IMG/VR virus record: IMGVR_UViG_3300005326_000051
Coordinates: 1-58,240 of that record
From: a virus
Lineage: Duplodnaviria > Caudoviricetes
Reading direction: 5' to 3' (one strand)
Length of the DNA: 58,240 bases
The notes beneath the pieces were generated by a model, which saw nothing but the letters and a program-made list of their open reading frames with translations, was not told the origin of the DNA and did no database searches. Numbering within the stretch: the stretch's first letter is position 1; every line of letters starts with the position of its first letter. This document shows positions 29,081-38,976 of the stretch, piece by piece. Both the position numbers and the translations under genes were made by a program.

Positions 29081-30424
29081 TTAAATATAAACCGTCTTAA
29101 TCTTTTCATACTCCTGGATAAATCGAATGACTGCTTCCGACCAGCCACTAATATGCACCCAGCCGTTGTCGTACCCGACTCCATTCTGATACCCAGCTAC
29201 GTTTATAATGTAGCCTTTATCATACGGAGCACAGGGTCGATCTGCAGATTGCTCATCAGTAATAACAATAAGTCTTTCGCACTGTGGAAATACTTTGTAA
29301 ATATAGTCTACGGCTTTGCCGAGCTTAGTCCGCGTTGGATTAATCTTTTCCTTTACTGCTGCAAGCATAGCAAAACCTTTTCGCGGAGCAATCTCAACGC
29401 AGTCTTCAGCAAAAGTAAACAGCCGGAAACCTCTATCTTCACAAAGCTCTCTACATAGAATGCCAACTGCACCGGCTGCATCGAAGCGAGTGATCTCGGA
29501 CTTTGCTGAGATCGTGTTCTGCATTGAGCCGGAGTGATCAATCAGCAGAGCAGTCTTCCCACTCAGCTTCTCCATGCTTTGTACTGCTTTTAGCATAGGA
29601 ACTTCAAGGTGTATTTCAAGGTGCGGAGCATACTTGGCGGCTGAAATGAAACGGAAAGGAAGAATATTACTTGTCTTCATAGTAGAGAGTGCTTCAATAA
29701 TTAAGTCCTCATCTACATCAGCCTGAGTCATGTTCCTTAGATTCCGCAGGAGAGCCAGCCCGCCAAGTTTACGCTCACGCAGTAAACGCTCAAATGTTTC
29801 TTTCTTATCTTTACCAGCTGACAGTGCAACTTCCCATGTATCAGGTACAGCAAGCTGGTCGTCTTTAAGACGCCGAAACAACTCACCCTGCTCAGCAGTC
29901 AGTGGTTTCGGATGACATATTTTCAGCACGTCCTTCAGTTTAATCTCGTTCGGCTTGTTGTATTTGGCCAGTTGATACTCATTAAACTTAGTGAAAGCCT
30001 TTGCCAGCCCACGTTTTACCTGTCCAGATACAGGAGATTTCTTAAAGGTCTTCTCACCTTCCCAGTAAATAGCAAGGAACTCAGCAAGTTCATCTGGTCT
30101 CTGAACAATTTGCGCAAGCGTATCAGCAACAACATGCTTATGTGAGTCAAGTGCTGCCATGGTTCTGGTGATGTAAAGTGGAGTATGTCGAAGGTTGTAA
30201 ATACTTCGTACATCTACAGCAATCTGCGCGACAATTTCAGGTTTAACTAACGGAATGAGATTTTTAATTCTTTCGGCTTGTGACTCTCCATCCTCGTAGA
30301 AGTTATTCTCCCACAACAGACAGCAACAAACTGTGCGTCTAAGCATTTGCTCCGGTGTAATTCTTGAAGCAACTGCTCCTTCATACGTTCGGATAGGTTC
30401 TGCAGGTACATTTTTTCTTGCCAT
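29081..30424 (-). CDS. rsr: Ro60/Rsr-like TROVE-domain RNA-binding protein with C-terminal vWA domain
   Basis: TYEGA...LRR...LWENNFYEDG, RPDELAEFLA, FNEYQLAKY, HPKP, TWEVALS, ALLRNLRNM, LPFRFISA. MIDAS motifs DHSGSM and ITDEQ. C-terminal HISGWSE. Confidence 0.95.
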   Translation of the reverse strand: MARKNVPAEPIRTYEGAVASRITPEQMLRRTVCCCLLWENNFYEDGESQAERIKNLIPLVKPEIVAQIAVDVRSIYNLRHTPLYITRTMAALDSHKHVVADTLAQIVQRPDELAEFLAIYWEGEKTFKKSPVSGQVKRGLAKAFTKFNEYQLAKYNKPNEIKLKDVLKICHPKPLTAEQGELFRRLKDDQLAVPDTWEVALSAGKDKKETFERLLRERKLGGLALLRNLRNMTQADVDEDLIIEALSTMKTSNILPFRFISAAKYAPHLEIHLEVPMLKAVQSMEKLSGKTALLIDHSGSMQNTISAKSEITRFDAAGAVGILCRELCEDRGFRLFTFAEDCVEIAPRKGFAMLAAVKEKINPTRTKLGKAVDYIYKVFPQCERLIVITDEQSADRPCAPYDKGYIINVAGYQNGVGYDNGWVHISGWSEAVIRFIQEYEKIKTVYI

Positions 30425-30453
30425 GTTTCTCTTCTCCTTTAAGTTTTATTTGA

Positions 30454-30625
30454 TTCTAGGGTACAATCGCTTACAGTTTCAAGGTAGCCTTACTGCTACC
30501 ACGGTTGTCAGCTCTCGATAAAACTGCTGCATGTTTTACAGGATTTGAACCTGCTCGTCCGGCATATTTCAGCTGGACTTAATCCAAGTTTTATTATGAA
30601 GTAACTGTAAACTACACCACTAGAA
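30454..30625 (-). ncRNA. Y RNA (YrlA-like, 172 nt) with internal T-arm
   Basis: Ends pair (TTCTAG/CTAGAA). 5' GGTGTAG-TTTACAG-TTACTTC and 3' CTGTAAG-CGATTGTACC module. Internal GCAGG-TTCAAAT-CCTGT and three more hairpins. Adjacent to the TROVE gene. Confidence 0.8.
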
Positions 30626-30640
30626 CTTGTTAGCAAAATC

Positions 30641-30830
30641 TTGGCAGCAGTAAATCTACCATACTTTCTTCACCCGTTAACGCTACCATACTGAGTCAAG
30701 GTTCTGACCATCTACTCTACGTCCGTTGCTTGCCACAATCTAAAAACTCTAGAACTCTTCTCACGTACTTCTCGAGAACTCGTAAGGTAGTAATTAAGGT
30801 GGCAACCCCGTTTCGGTTTACTGCTACCAA
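30641..30830 (-). ncRNA. unassigned ~190-nt structured RNA within the Ro60 RNA array
   Basis: 16-bp closing stem TTGGTAGCAGTAAACC/GATTTACTGCTGCCAA (one G-U, one mismatch). Inner stems TTGCCAC/GTGGCAA and GGTCAG/TTGACT. No ORF. Confidence 0.6.
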
Positions 30831-30839
30831 AGTAAAAAC

Positions 30840-30916
30840 TACTGTAGAGTATAATCGTAATCAGCATTTGTCATACACCATAGAATGAAGTAACTGATTA
30901 CTACGCTACTACAGTA
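30840..30916 (-). ncRNA. minimal Y RNA (77 nt; putative Ro-binding module only)
   Basis: TACTGTAG-TAGCGTAG-TAATCAG-TTACTTC-loop-CTGATTA-CGATTATACT-CTACAGTA. Confidence 0.8.
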
Positions 30917-30926
30917 AATTGTTAAG

Positions 30927-31061
30927 TGGACAGGGTATAGGATTCGAACCTATGCTTAAAAGTGCCTGGTGAAGTATCTCTTTTGTACGGCATAGTTTTC
31001 ACTAGCGAAAATCCAAAAAAGTCTTTTCTAACTTTTGCCTTACCACTTGGCTAACCCTGTC
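30927..31061 (-). ncRNA. tRNA-shaped RNA (135 nt) with the anticodon loop replaced by a 67-nt permuted Y-RNA module
   Basis: G-ACAGGGT/ACCCTGT-CCA acceptor, D arm GCCAAGTGGTAAGGC, anticodon stem AAAGT/ACTTT, T arm ATAGG-TTCGAAT-CCTAT. Insert CTTTTTTG-GATTTTCG...GCCGTA-CAAAAGAG-ATACTTC. Confidence 0.82.
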
Positions 31062-31062
31062 A

Positions 31063-31192
31063 TGGGGACGGAGGCAGGATTCGAACCTGCGGCCTCGTCA
31101 TTAGTAGTGAAGTAACTGTGATCTACGCTACATTTCTGAGAGTAATCGAGCACAGAAATTTTCGCGCTCTAACCAACTGAGCTACTCCGTCC
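31063..31192 (-). ncRNA. tRNA-shaped RNA (130 nt) with the anticodon arm replaced by a permuted Y-RNA module
   Basis: G-GACGGAG/CTCCGTC-C-CCA acceptor, D arm GCTC-AGTTGGTTA-GAGC, T arm GCAGG-TTCGAAT-CCTGC. Insert CTGTG-CT-CGATTACTCT-CAGAAATG-TAGCGTAG-AT-CACAG-TTACTTC. Confidence 0.88.
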
Positions 31193-31236
31193 ATTGTTCA
31201 AAGATCGTAACACCTTTTCTTATTGTTTATGTGTGT

Positions 31237-31265
31237 ATCATACACCCGTTTTTTAAAGTTGTCAA
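31237..31265 (-). promoter_or_regulatory. sigma70-type promoter for the RNA array / Ro60 operon
   Basis: TTGACA-17 nt-TATGAT, about 45 nt upstream of the first RNA. Confidence 0.85.
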
Positions 31266-31927
31266 TAAAAATATCATAGACTTCAAGATTCTTTTTTATC
31301 TTTGTTTTTATTTTTATTTGCATAAGAAATATACAAGATTCCAACATACACGCCGAAAGCACTTATTAGTATAAATGCGGCAAAAACAGCACTTAAACTA
31401 ATAATGTAGTAAGTCCATGCTGCTGCTACTATGAGTATTATACTCCACCCAATAGCTCTCATATCTCTTCTCCTTCTTCTGTAGTATATTCTTCTATTCT
31501 TTTTTATCCTTATTTCCCCAGTATACAAGTACTAATCCCATAACAATCACAGTAATGCTTGCAAGTATAAGCCAAATAAAGGGGTACTCAGCCGCAATCC
31601 AGAAACTCCAAGCTGACAACACAACATAAACCATCATCCAGCCAACTACTTTCATACCTTCTTCATCCTCCTCAATCTTCGTTCCATTCTCTTTACCTGT
31701 TCAACAGTTCTACCACGTTTTATCTGCCGTAGTCCCTTGTTATTATGATGCCTGCGCGTTTTCATTTACTTCACCAAGGCAGTCGACTGTACCAGTAAGT
31801 ACATCGTTTACTTTGTTCATTGGGCAGAGATCGCATCCAATACTACCAACGAAGTGCGGCTTTCCATGAGGACACTTAGTCATACAAAGAAGATGAATGC
31901 CCTCGCTTACTACCACATACTTTATCT

Positions 31928-32368
31928 TCATACTCCCTCCACTTGTTCTGGATAGAACTCAGCAATCTCATAATCAGTCAAGCCGTTAAGAATTTCTTCT
32001 ATCTCTTTCCTCGACTTCCCGTCCTTCAACATAAGCTTGAGAGTTCTCTCTCTGTCTGGATCAACAGAAAGTTTAGAAAACTTTCCATCTGTATCCCGAA
32101 GGAAGGCAGTAAAAATTGCTCTGTACTTTCGCTCCAGTACAACGTACTGTTTGCGCTCGAGCAAAGTCTTGTTGATGAAGACTTGACTTGCGAGTACAGG
32201 TTCAATCACTGCCCACTCATCCTTCTCCTCTTCCAGTTCGTTGGCAAGCTGTGTCTGCTCCTTCTTGTTCTGAACACGGATGAAGATAGCTTGATTTACC
32301 TCAAGTCTCTTCGCTTGCTCAAACCAGATGCGGGCGATTTCACTTGGCACAGTCATCACTCCTTTCAA
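31928..32368 (-). CDS. hypothetical protein, paralog family with LMxxDGK tail
   Basis: Similar layout to 39151-39546 and 42222-42650. Confidence 0.6.
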   Translation of the reverse strand: MKGVMTVPSEIARIWFEQAKRLEVNQAIFIRVQNKKEQTQLANELEEEKDEWAVIEPVLASQVFINKTLLERKQYVVLERKYRAIFTAFLRDTDGKFSKLSVDPDRERTLKLMLKDGKSRKEIEEILNGLTDYEIAEFYPEQVEGV

Positions 32369-33621
32369 GTTTGAGTTTTAAAATTTTTGGAGTTGGTAGG
32401 CACACTCCCTCAATCAACGCGACTGCTGGGAGTAGTATACACTCATAAATTTCTTTATCTGGTAGTTGCCTGTTAAACTCAGCAAACCAGTTCGTATGCG
32501 CTTGCTCTACCGTAGTCTTGTCATGCACTACGCAGTACTTAAACTTGCTTCCAGCAGTTAAATCATTTAGCTCGATAATAGCAAAGTCTGGATAGTCTGG
32601 GAATACTATCTGGTGGTAGATTCCTTTAAGTACTCGTTCTGACATAGTCATGATTTTCCTTTCTGTGTTAGCTTAAGATCTAAAAGCTCTTGAGTCATTC
32701 GAAGAATCTGTGCTCGTTGAGCTCTGTATACCTTTACTAATGCTGGTGTTGTGTTGTGATATATTTCTAAAGCCTCGTCATCAAAGATAACAAGCGCATC
32801 CTTCCTCCACTGCTTTAAAGTTCTTTCAGATATCATGATTGAACTCCTTTAGGAAATAGATAAAACTCTATTTCACCTACACAAAAATTTATACCTTCCC
32901 CTAGGTTTATATCTTTTCCACTTTTACCAATTTGAGCAAGCTGCTCATTACTTATGCCATGAATATAGATTGTTATTCTATCTTTAGTACTTAAACTTAT
33001 GTCCATAATTTTTCTCCTTTCAGTTAACCAACGCTTTTAAAAGTCTTGTCACAAGTTCTTCCTTTGTCAATGACATAAGGTACTCCTTACATTCTGTGCA
33101 AGTACTGCTCTGCCTGTTGTTATCAGTATAGATACTCCTCTCCTCATCTACTGAAACCTTCACTGACACAAGGCCTACGTTATCCTTGTCTGGAACCATA
33201 TCGTAGAACGTGGTTTTGCTGCTCCCGCAAGTCTTGCAGAAGTTCACGACTCTAATTGTATAAGGCTTTAGCGTATTCTTTACTACTGTCTTTTTCTTTC
33301 CTGTTTTCGCAGCCAGTTTTGCCTCAACCTGCGCGAATAGAATGTTGTAGATAGTTAGCTCATCTTCAGTAAGCTTTGATACATCAATTACTGGTACCGC
33401 ACTTGTCACGAAGTCACTCTCCCTTCTTCTCAAATGAGTTAAACCCTTCAAGCTTGAACTGCTTCAGAACTTGCAGTGCCTTTCCATAACGTCTGTTCTT
33501 CAGCAGTCTCTCACATTCTTCTACTGCCCATTCAGAAGAGACTGGGTAGGTGTACTCCTTGTTGCCAAGTAGTATGCACACCTCCCAGACTCCATTGAAG
33601 TCCTTGACCTTTGATGTAATC

Positions 33622-33646
33622 AGAAAGGTCAATTTATGACGTTTCT
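33622..33646. repeat. dispersed palindromic site 6/11 (AGAAAGGTCA-ATTTA-TGACGTTTCT)
   Basis: Near-perfect 10-5-10 palindrome. Intragenic. Confidence 0.92.
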
Positions 33647-33656
33647 TGTTTGGCAT

Positions 33657-34715
33657 TTAAGTCCTGGTAATGGCAGTTCTTAGTGCACCTTTAAGTCTAT
33701 CAATAGCTGCCCGAATTTCTACATAGTCCGAGCCGTTAGCAGTACAGATTCCGTGCTTCTTACCATACTCACATGACGAGCACGCGGCTGTTACTCCAAC
33801 AGTAGGGAACTTATTCTTTATACAGAATGGGCAGACGTTCGGGCTGATTGGATAAGACTCAAGCAGTGAGTGAAGTAGCTTAAACTTTAAGGCTACAAAC
33901 TCATTGGAGGTTTTAGCATCAGTAAGCTGGCAAACGTACTTGTTGAGAATTGCTTGCATATTTCCAATGTTGTACTTAAGGTTGCCTAACGCTGACTTAA
34001 CTTCTGCTGACTCATCTGCCCGCGCTCCAAGGATATTATACTCCTTTACAGCAATTTCAAAGTCTTTGAACATCTTAGATGGCATCACCAGCAACTTGGA
34101 GTCATACTGTAAATCACCACGTAGGAAAACTGTGTTTTCAATTTTATCTACATCCGGCCAATAATCTGACTCTAGTCGAAGCCTATTTGATGCGGTAAAG
34201 ACGCGTTTGTTCGAAGTAGTAACACTACCATCATTAAACCCGAACTCATATCTTCTGTGTGATTGCTCAGTAATTTCAACAATGACTGACTCATCACCTG
34301 TTTTGCCGACAACTTCATACTTAATGTACTTTCTTTTTGAAACTTCTTTTTTCTTAGCTTCTTCCATAACTTTGTTCTCCTTTTCTTCTTTTAATAAAAA
34401 CTGTTTTGCGAACAGTAGACAATCTTCTTTACACGTTTTAAGTGTGCTTGTCTTTCTCTCCATATTAGCAAGATCTGTAAAGTAATTCTGGTAGTATTCG
34501 TACACCATGTTTGTCATATCATCCTTTTGCAGATATTTTCGTGGAGGTCTTGGCTTACTAGTAAATACCCTGTTGTCACGCATCTTCACCTTGTCTGTCA
34601 TTTCTTTTAGGCCATAAAATTCTCCATACAGATTGCTGCACATAGAAACTATGTCTACTGTACTCATTTTACCTGGGTCAATTCCGTACCAATTAACTAT
34701 ACTATCCTTACTCAT
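33657..34715 (-). CDS. hypothetical protein with C-terminal Cys cluster
   Basis: 352 aa. CPFC...CSSC.YGKKHGIC. Confidence 0.55.
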   Translation of the reverse strand: MSKDSIVNWYGIDPGKMSTVDIVSMCSNLYGEFYGLKEMTDKVKMRDNRVFTSKPRPPRKYLQKDDMTNMVYEYYQNYFTDLANMERKTSTLKTCKEDCLLFAKQFLLKEEKENKVMEEAKKKEVSKRKYIKYEVVGKTGDESVIVEITEQSHRRYEFGFNDGSVTTSNKRVFTASNRLRLESDYWPDVDKIENTVFLRGDLQYDSKLLVMPSKMFKDFEIAVKEYNILGARADESAEVKSALGNLKYNIGNMQAILNKYVCQLTDAKTSNEFVALKFKLLHSLLESYPISPNVCPFCIKNKFPTVGVTAACSSCEYGKKHGICTANGSDYVEIRAAIDRLKGALRTAITRT

Positions 34716-35685
34716 ACTTCTTTCTCCTTATTACACGTACAATAGAAAACAAGCACGTTTCTTCCGTGTCTTCTAGGCCTTGGTTTGATCTTCTTAAATA
34801 CCAAAGTCGATCGCTTGTCTCCGCACCAGCATTTGCATCGTAGTCTTTTGTATCGTGAACACTCCCTTAGTCGACGGGGAATGGCTGCTTTTACTACATC
34901 TATCTTTCCACCTCTTGCAAGGAATTCTTCAACGGATTCGTGAGTATTAGCCATAGCGTTACTCCCCTTTCTTCTCAAATTCCTCCACGATCTGCTTACC
35001 TTTACCGTTGACTACTTCGTAGAGATCGTCCGACACTTTGTCAAGTGCAGCTTTATCCAGCATATTGAGCTTTTCAAGAGCAGCAGAGATTGCTATGAGT
35101 GCAGTATAAGTAAGCTCTTGGTCAGTAATAGCCTGCATTACTGTAGAAAGAAGTGATCGAATGTTTCGAGCGTGGTTGTTTACCTTACCATAGTCCTTAC
35201 CACACTCCTCAAGTAGTAACTTACCAATCTTATCTATAAGCTCAAATAGTCCTGCTAAATCTTCAGCAATATCCTTGTTTCCTGGATAAGTAACAAAAGA
35301 CGCCCCACGATTCTTTGTCTCGTTTATAATTATCTCAACTACTTTTACTTCATTTAAAGCTTTATTTTTTGTTGCTCCTTTTTCTTCCATACCAGTTTCC
35401 TCCTTTTTCTTTCTCCAATTTTCTGTTTATCCTTTTCAGTAAAGAAGCACCGCTCATTTCCGTCAGCATCCATGACGGTGCTTCCACCACAACGCTTTAC
35501 AAGTTTCCTTGCTTGCTCCTCAGTAAGTTTAGATACTGGCAGCCTTGCTGGAATAGGTACGTTCAGCCTATCCAGTATAACAACAAATACCAGCGTGAAC
35601 AGAACGAGAACTAGAGAAATTAGGATGAGTATTTTTAAAACCTGCATAACTCCTCCATTTTTTGTACAGCATAGCGGTACTTCCC

Positions 35686-36507
35686 TCAGATAGTAATTGT
35701 GTGAATAGTATTTGCGCGAGCCTCAGCATCTGCCTTCAGTTTTGCTTCGGCAGCTTTACGCTCCTCTTTTTTCTTCTTGTCCTTCCGTACGATGTTGGTA
35801 AAGATCTCACCAGCTTCGCGCATGTAGTTAATAAGTTTGGCAAACATACTAGTGGACAGTATATACGGAAGCTTAGTAATTCCTTGATGGCCAAGAATAC
35901 TACTATCCTTGAGTAGAAGAACAAACTGACTCTCGCGCCGGCTAATACGCTTTGCTGCGGTATACCCGTACTCATCCCAGACGTTGAAGCCGTACTTGTC
36001 GTGTATCTCCGGCGCAGAGAGTAAGTTGCGAATAGCAGTAATAGTGACGTAATTACCATCTTGTGACTCCTTATAGTCTACTTCAATCAGGCGTGTCTTT
36101 TTCTTTTCGGGCACGATAGTTTTGTTTACTGTAGGTTCAACAACCTTCTTAAGCCATGAGGGATGGAAATTCCAGGAATCGAAAAGTCCGCTACTAAACT
36201 TGACGCGTACGTAGAATGCATTAACAATACTAACAGTGCCATTTAAGCCAACATACTTACCAAGGATTGGGGCATAGTCTTTCCAATCTGTGTCCACACT
36301 GACAACCTTAACTTTATCCCCCATAGAAAACTCGTTGGTAGCATTAACAATCTGAAGGTACTCATCATATATGTTGAACACGTTACCATCAGGCATTGCT
36401 ACATTACTGGATAAGATTATACTAATTCCTGTGCTAGTAACTCTTCCCAGTTCACCATAGTACTTATTACTTCTGTCAACCACTCTCACCAAATCATCTT
36501 TCTTCAT
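35686..36507 (-). CDS. hypothetical protein with two KOW/SH3-like repeats
   Basis: KKDDLVRVV...YYGELGRVT and SMGDKVKVV...YVGLNGTV. Confidence 0.5.
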   Translation of the reverse strand: MKKDDLVRVVDRSNKYYGELGRVTSTGISIILSSNVAMPDGNVFNIYDEYLQIVNATNEFSMGDKVKVVSVDTDWKDYAPILGKYVGLNGTVSIVNAFYVRVKFSSGLFDSWNFHPSWLKKVVEPTVNKTIVPEKKKTRLIEVDYKESQDGNYVTITAIRNLLSAPEIHDKYGFNVWDEYGYTAAKRISRRESQFVLLLKDSSILGHQGITKLPYILSTSMFAKLINYMREAGEIFTNIVRKDKKKKEERKAAEAKLKADAEARANTIHTITI

Positions 36508-38421
36508 CTTTCACTCCTTTTCATTTAAGTTCTGTCCAACCCCAACGCTCGGACATAGTTTGACCTTTGTACGATGTAGTCCACTCCTTTTCAGAATACT
36601 GCATTGACCAATACTTCTCGTACCTTCTAAACATTTCATCTCTGGTTTCAGTAACTGTTCCGAAGATTTTTACAAACCTTCCAGCATGTCCTTGTCCGCA
36701 ACCAAAGGTAAAATACCACCACTGTTTTTCACCTACTCTTTTTTCACTTTCCTCACCCACAACCCACTCCTTTCTAAAGTAAGAATTCTATATCCAACCC
36801 AAATTTTTTCTTTACAGCCCTCGATGTAACTCTGTTCAAGTAATCCTGAGCTTTTTCCCTTAGATCAGTCTTGTCTTTATCAGATACGAAAACTTTTTTA
36901 CTGAACGAAGACTTAATCTTTCCTCTTCTGTAGCTTTTCATTATCCCTTTCCTTTCAGCCAGTCGGCCATTAAGCCTATCCTCTTCCGGTCTTCGGGGGT
37001 CATACCCTCTCCTGTTCGCAAAGTGTCGTGAGTAAGGCGGTGAAGGGGTCGGCGGCATCAAATTCTTTATAAGTTGGGTCGATACCAACAGTAATAATAG
37101 TCTTGCGGGGGAAGGTTTCTATTGTTTTATAGCTTGAAGTGATCATCCCCCACAGTCCCCTCTCAGGATTCTGCCAGTCGATAGGCTTGGGGATGCGAAG
37201 TAATTTATTGTCTATATTCCTATAACCAATAAATCCTACACCACCTTCATAATAGAAGCATTCTAACCCATCAGCGTGAATTTTATGCACAGCGCCAAGT
37301 TCTCCAACAACTTCGTTGTAAAATTCATCACCAACCTGCCACTCTCCCATCTTCTCCTTGAAGAATGGCTGCAATCGCTTAATCATGTCCAATTGTTCTG
37401 GTGTTAAGGTGCTCATCACTTCCTCCTCTGCTCGGCTGTTAGGGCGTCGGATTGCCAGCCGTTTTCACAGACATATGGAGAAATCCCGACTTCAGCCATT
37501 AGATACTTCCGTGTTGGCGGTTTCATCTTATTCTCCTTCGACACTCGATTAGTCCGTGGTTATGAAACGATTTAGGTTTTGTCAACCCCTTTCTAAATTC
37601 ACCAAACTTACGCCCAATCCAGTAGGCTGTTATGGGAGTCCAACGTACTCTCTCATCATCTAAGGACTCGTCACAATATTGCTGCAATGTCGATCTTCTT
37701 GTAGAAAACCGAATCTCGTCTCCCTGCTGCATGATATCTTCATCATCAAGACGCCCGTAAGGTGATAGTCTCATTTCCCTGCCTCCTTCGCGGCCTGCTG
37801 AAAATCAGAACAAATATTGTCTACACATTTAATGAATAGGTAGTCGATTAACTGCCCGGCCCTGTAATTGTTAAGGCATATCGTCAATTCCTTCATCGCC
37901 TCCACCGCTGCCTGTGCGGATTCGGCTTGCTGCCTGTATAAATCACGGTCTTTCTTAATTTCTTCAAACTCTTCCAGCACGATTATTGAAGACGTTTTGT
38001 GCTTTTCAATTTCAAGTTGTGTCTCCAGTTTCTTTATATGATTTGCTCGATCAAATAGCGTTTCATTTCGGCTCTTGTTTATTGTTTCCAGTTCCTTCAC
38101 GCACTGCTTGAGAAACTTTATAGCGTTTTTTAAGTCCTCAAGTGGATTAATGCACGATCTGGTGACACCTTCATCATCAATCACTCTATCATCCTTCACC
38201 CGTTGGCGAAGTTTAACAATCTCCCCCACCCAGCGCTTGCAATCCTCAGCAGTAACATCCTCTGCTAATTCAAATGAGGACTCTCCCTGCTCAAAGGTAG
38301 GTACTTCGTCTACATACGCCACTGATACTACCCGCTTACGAAGTGTTGAAATTTCATCCTCATAGTTATCAAGTATTTCTCCTATTCCAGACATGTGACT
38401 TCTCCTTTCACTTTTTCCTTT

Positions 38422-38450
38422 ATTATATCACAATAGTTTTCAGTGATCAA
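38422..38450 (-). promoter_or_regulatory. sigma70-type promoter
   Basis: TTGATC-17 nt-TATAAT with extended -10 TG. Upstream of RBS and ORF 37771-38394. Confidence 0.65.
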
Positions 38451-38482
38451 TAAGTATTTGCAAGTGTTTGTATTTTTAACAT

Positions 38483-38502
38483 GGTCATTAATTGACCTTT
38501 CT
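38483..38502. repeat. dispersed palindromic site 7/11 (GGTCA-TTAAT-TGACCTTTCT)
   Basis: Read directly. Intergenic, just upstream of a promoter. Confidence 0.9.
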
Positions 38503-38518
38503 TACTTGATTTAAACAG

Positions 38519-38547
38519 TCAGAGTAGGTAGGTTTCACCTACTCTGA
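38519..38547 (-). terminator. hairpin / possible terminator
   Basis: TCAGAGTAGGT-7 nt-ACCTACTCTGA. Weak T tract. Confidence 0.45.
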
Positions 38548-38956
38548 TTGGTAAAGCCAAGTAAATATATGCAGCCTAGTTCGCTCTCACAGCAATCCTG
38601 AATCCGCCGAAGTGGTTGAAGGTGAATACAAAGCCAGCATTGTACAAACCAGTAAGCATCTTCACTGCTTTGTTTTTCGTATCCGTAGTCAGGTCAACTA
38701 CGCGTACCCGCAGATGAAACTTGTTCGGTTCGTACATCGGACCAAGAGCACGTCTGGCAGCAAAGATCGGTTGTTCCTTGGTGTCATACATATCAAAGTA
38801 TTCCTTGCTCACTACTCGCTTTTTCTTCTTGCCAGCTTCTGCGTTCCTGTTCTTCATTTTTCACTCTCCTTTACTTTACTAGTTGTCTGGTCTTGCTAGT
38901 CTTGATACGAAGCATGAAGACCAAGGTTGGGCAGGATAATACCTGCCACCGATTCC

Positions 38957-38976
38957 AGAAAGGTCATTTTTCGACC
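38957..38976. repeat. dispersed palindromic site 8/11 (AGAAAGGTCA-TTTTT-CGACC)
   Basis: Read directly. Confidence 0.85.

Noticed and set aside
28493-29458. 321-aa + strand ORF
   Set aside because: Antisense shadow of TROVE and 28586-29005, with no recognisable motifs.
30597-31118. Recurring TGAAGTAACTG as a CRISPR-like array
   Set aside because: The repeat is only ~11 nt, spacing is irregular (84-289 nt), no cas genes are present, and the shared RNA module explains it.
30927-31192. Intron-containing or ordinary tRNA genes
   Set aside because: Inserts are far too short for group I introns and I see no bulge-helix-bulge. The 31063-31192 anticodon stem does not re-form, and the inserts match the neighbouring Y-RNA motif.
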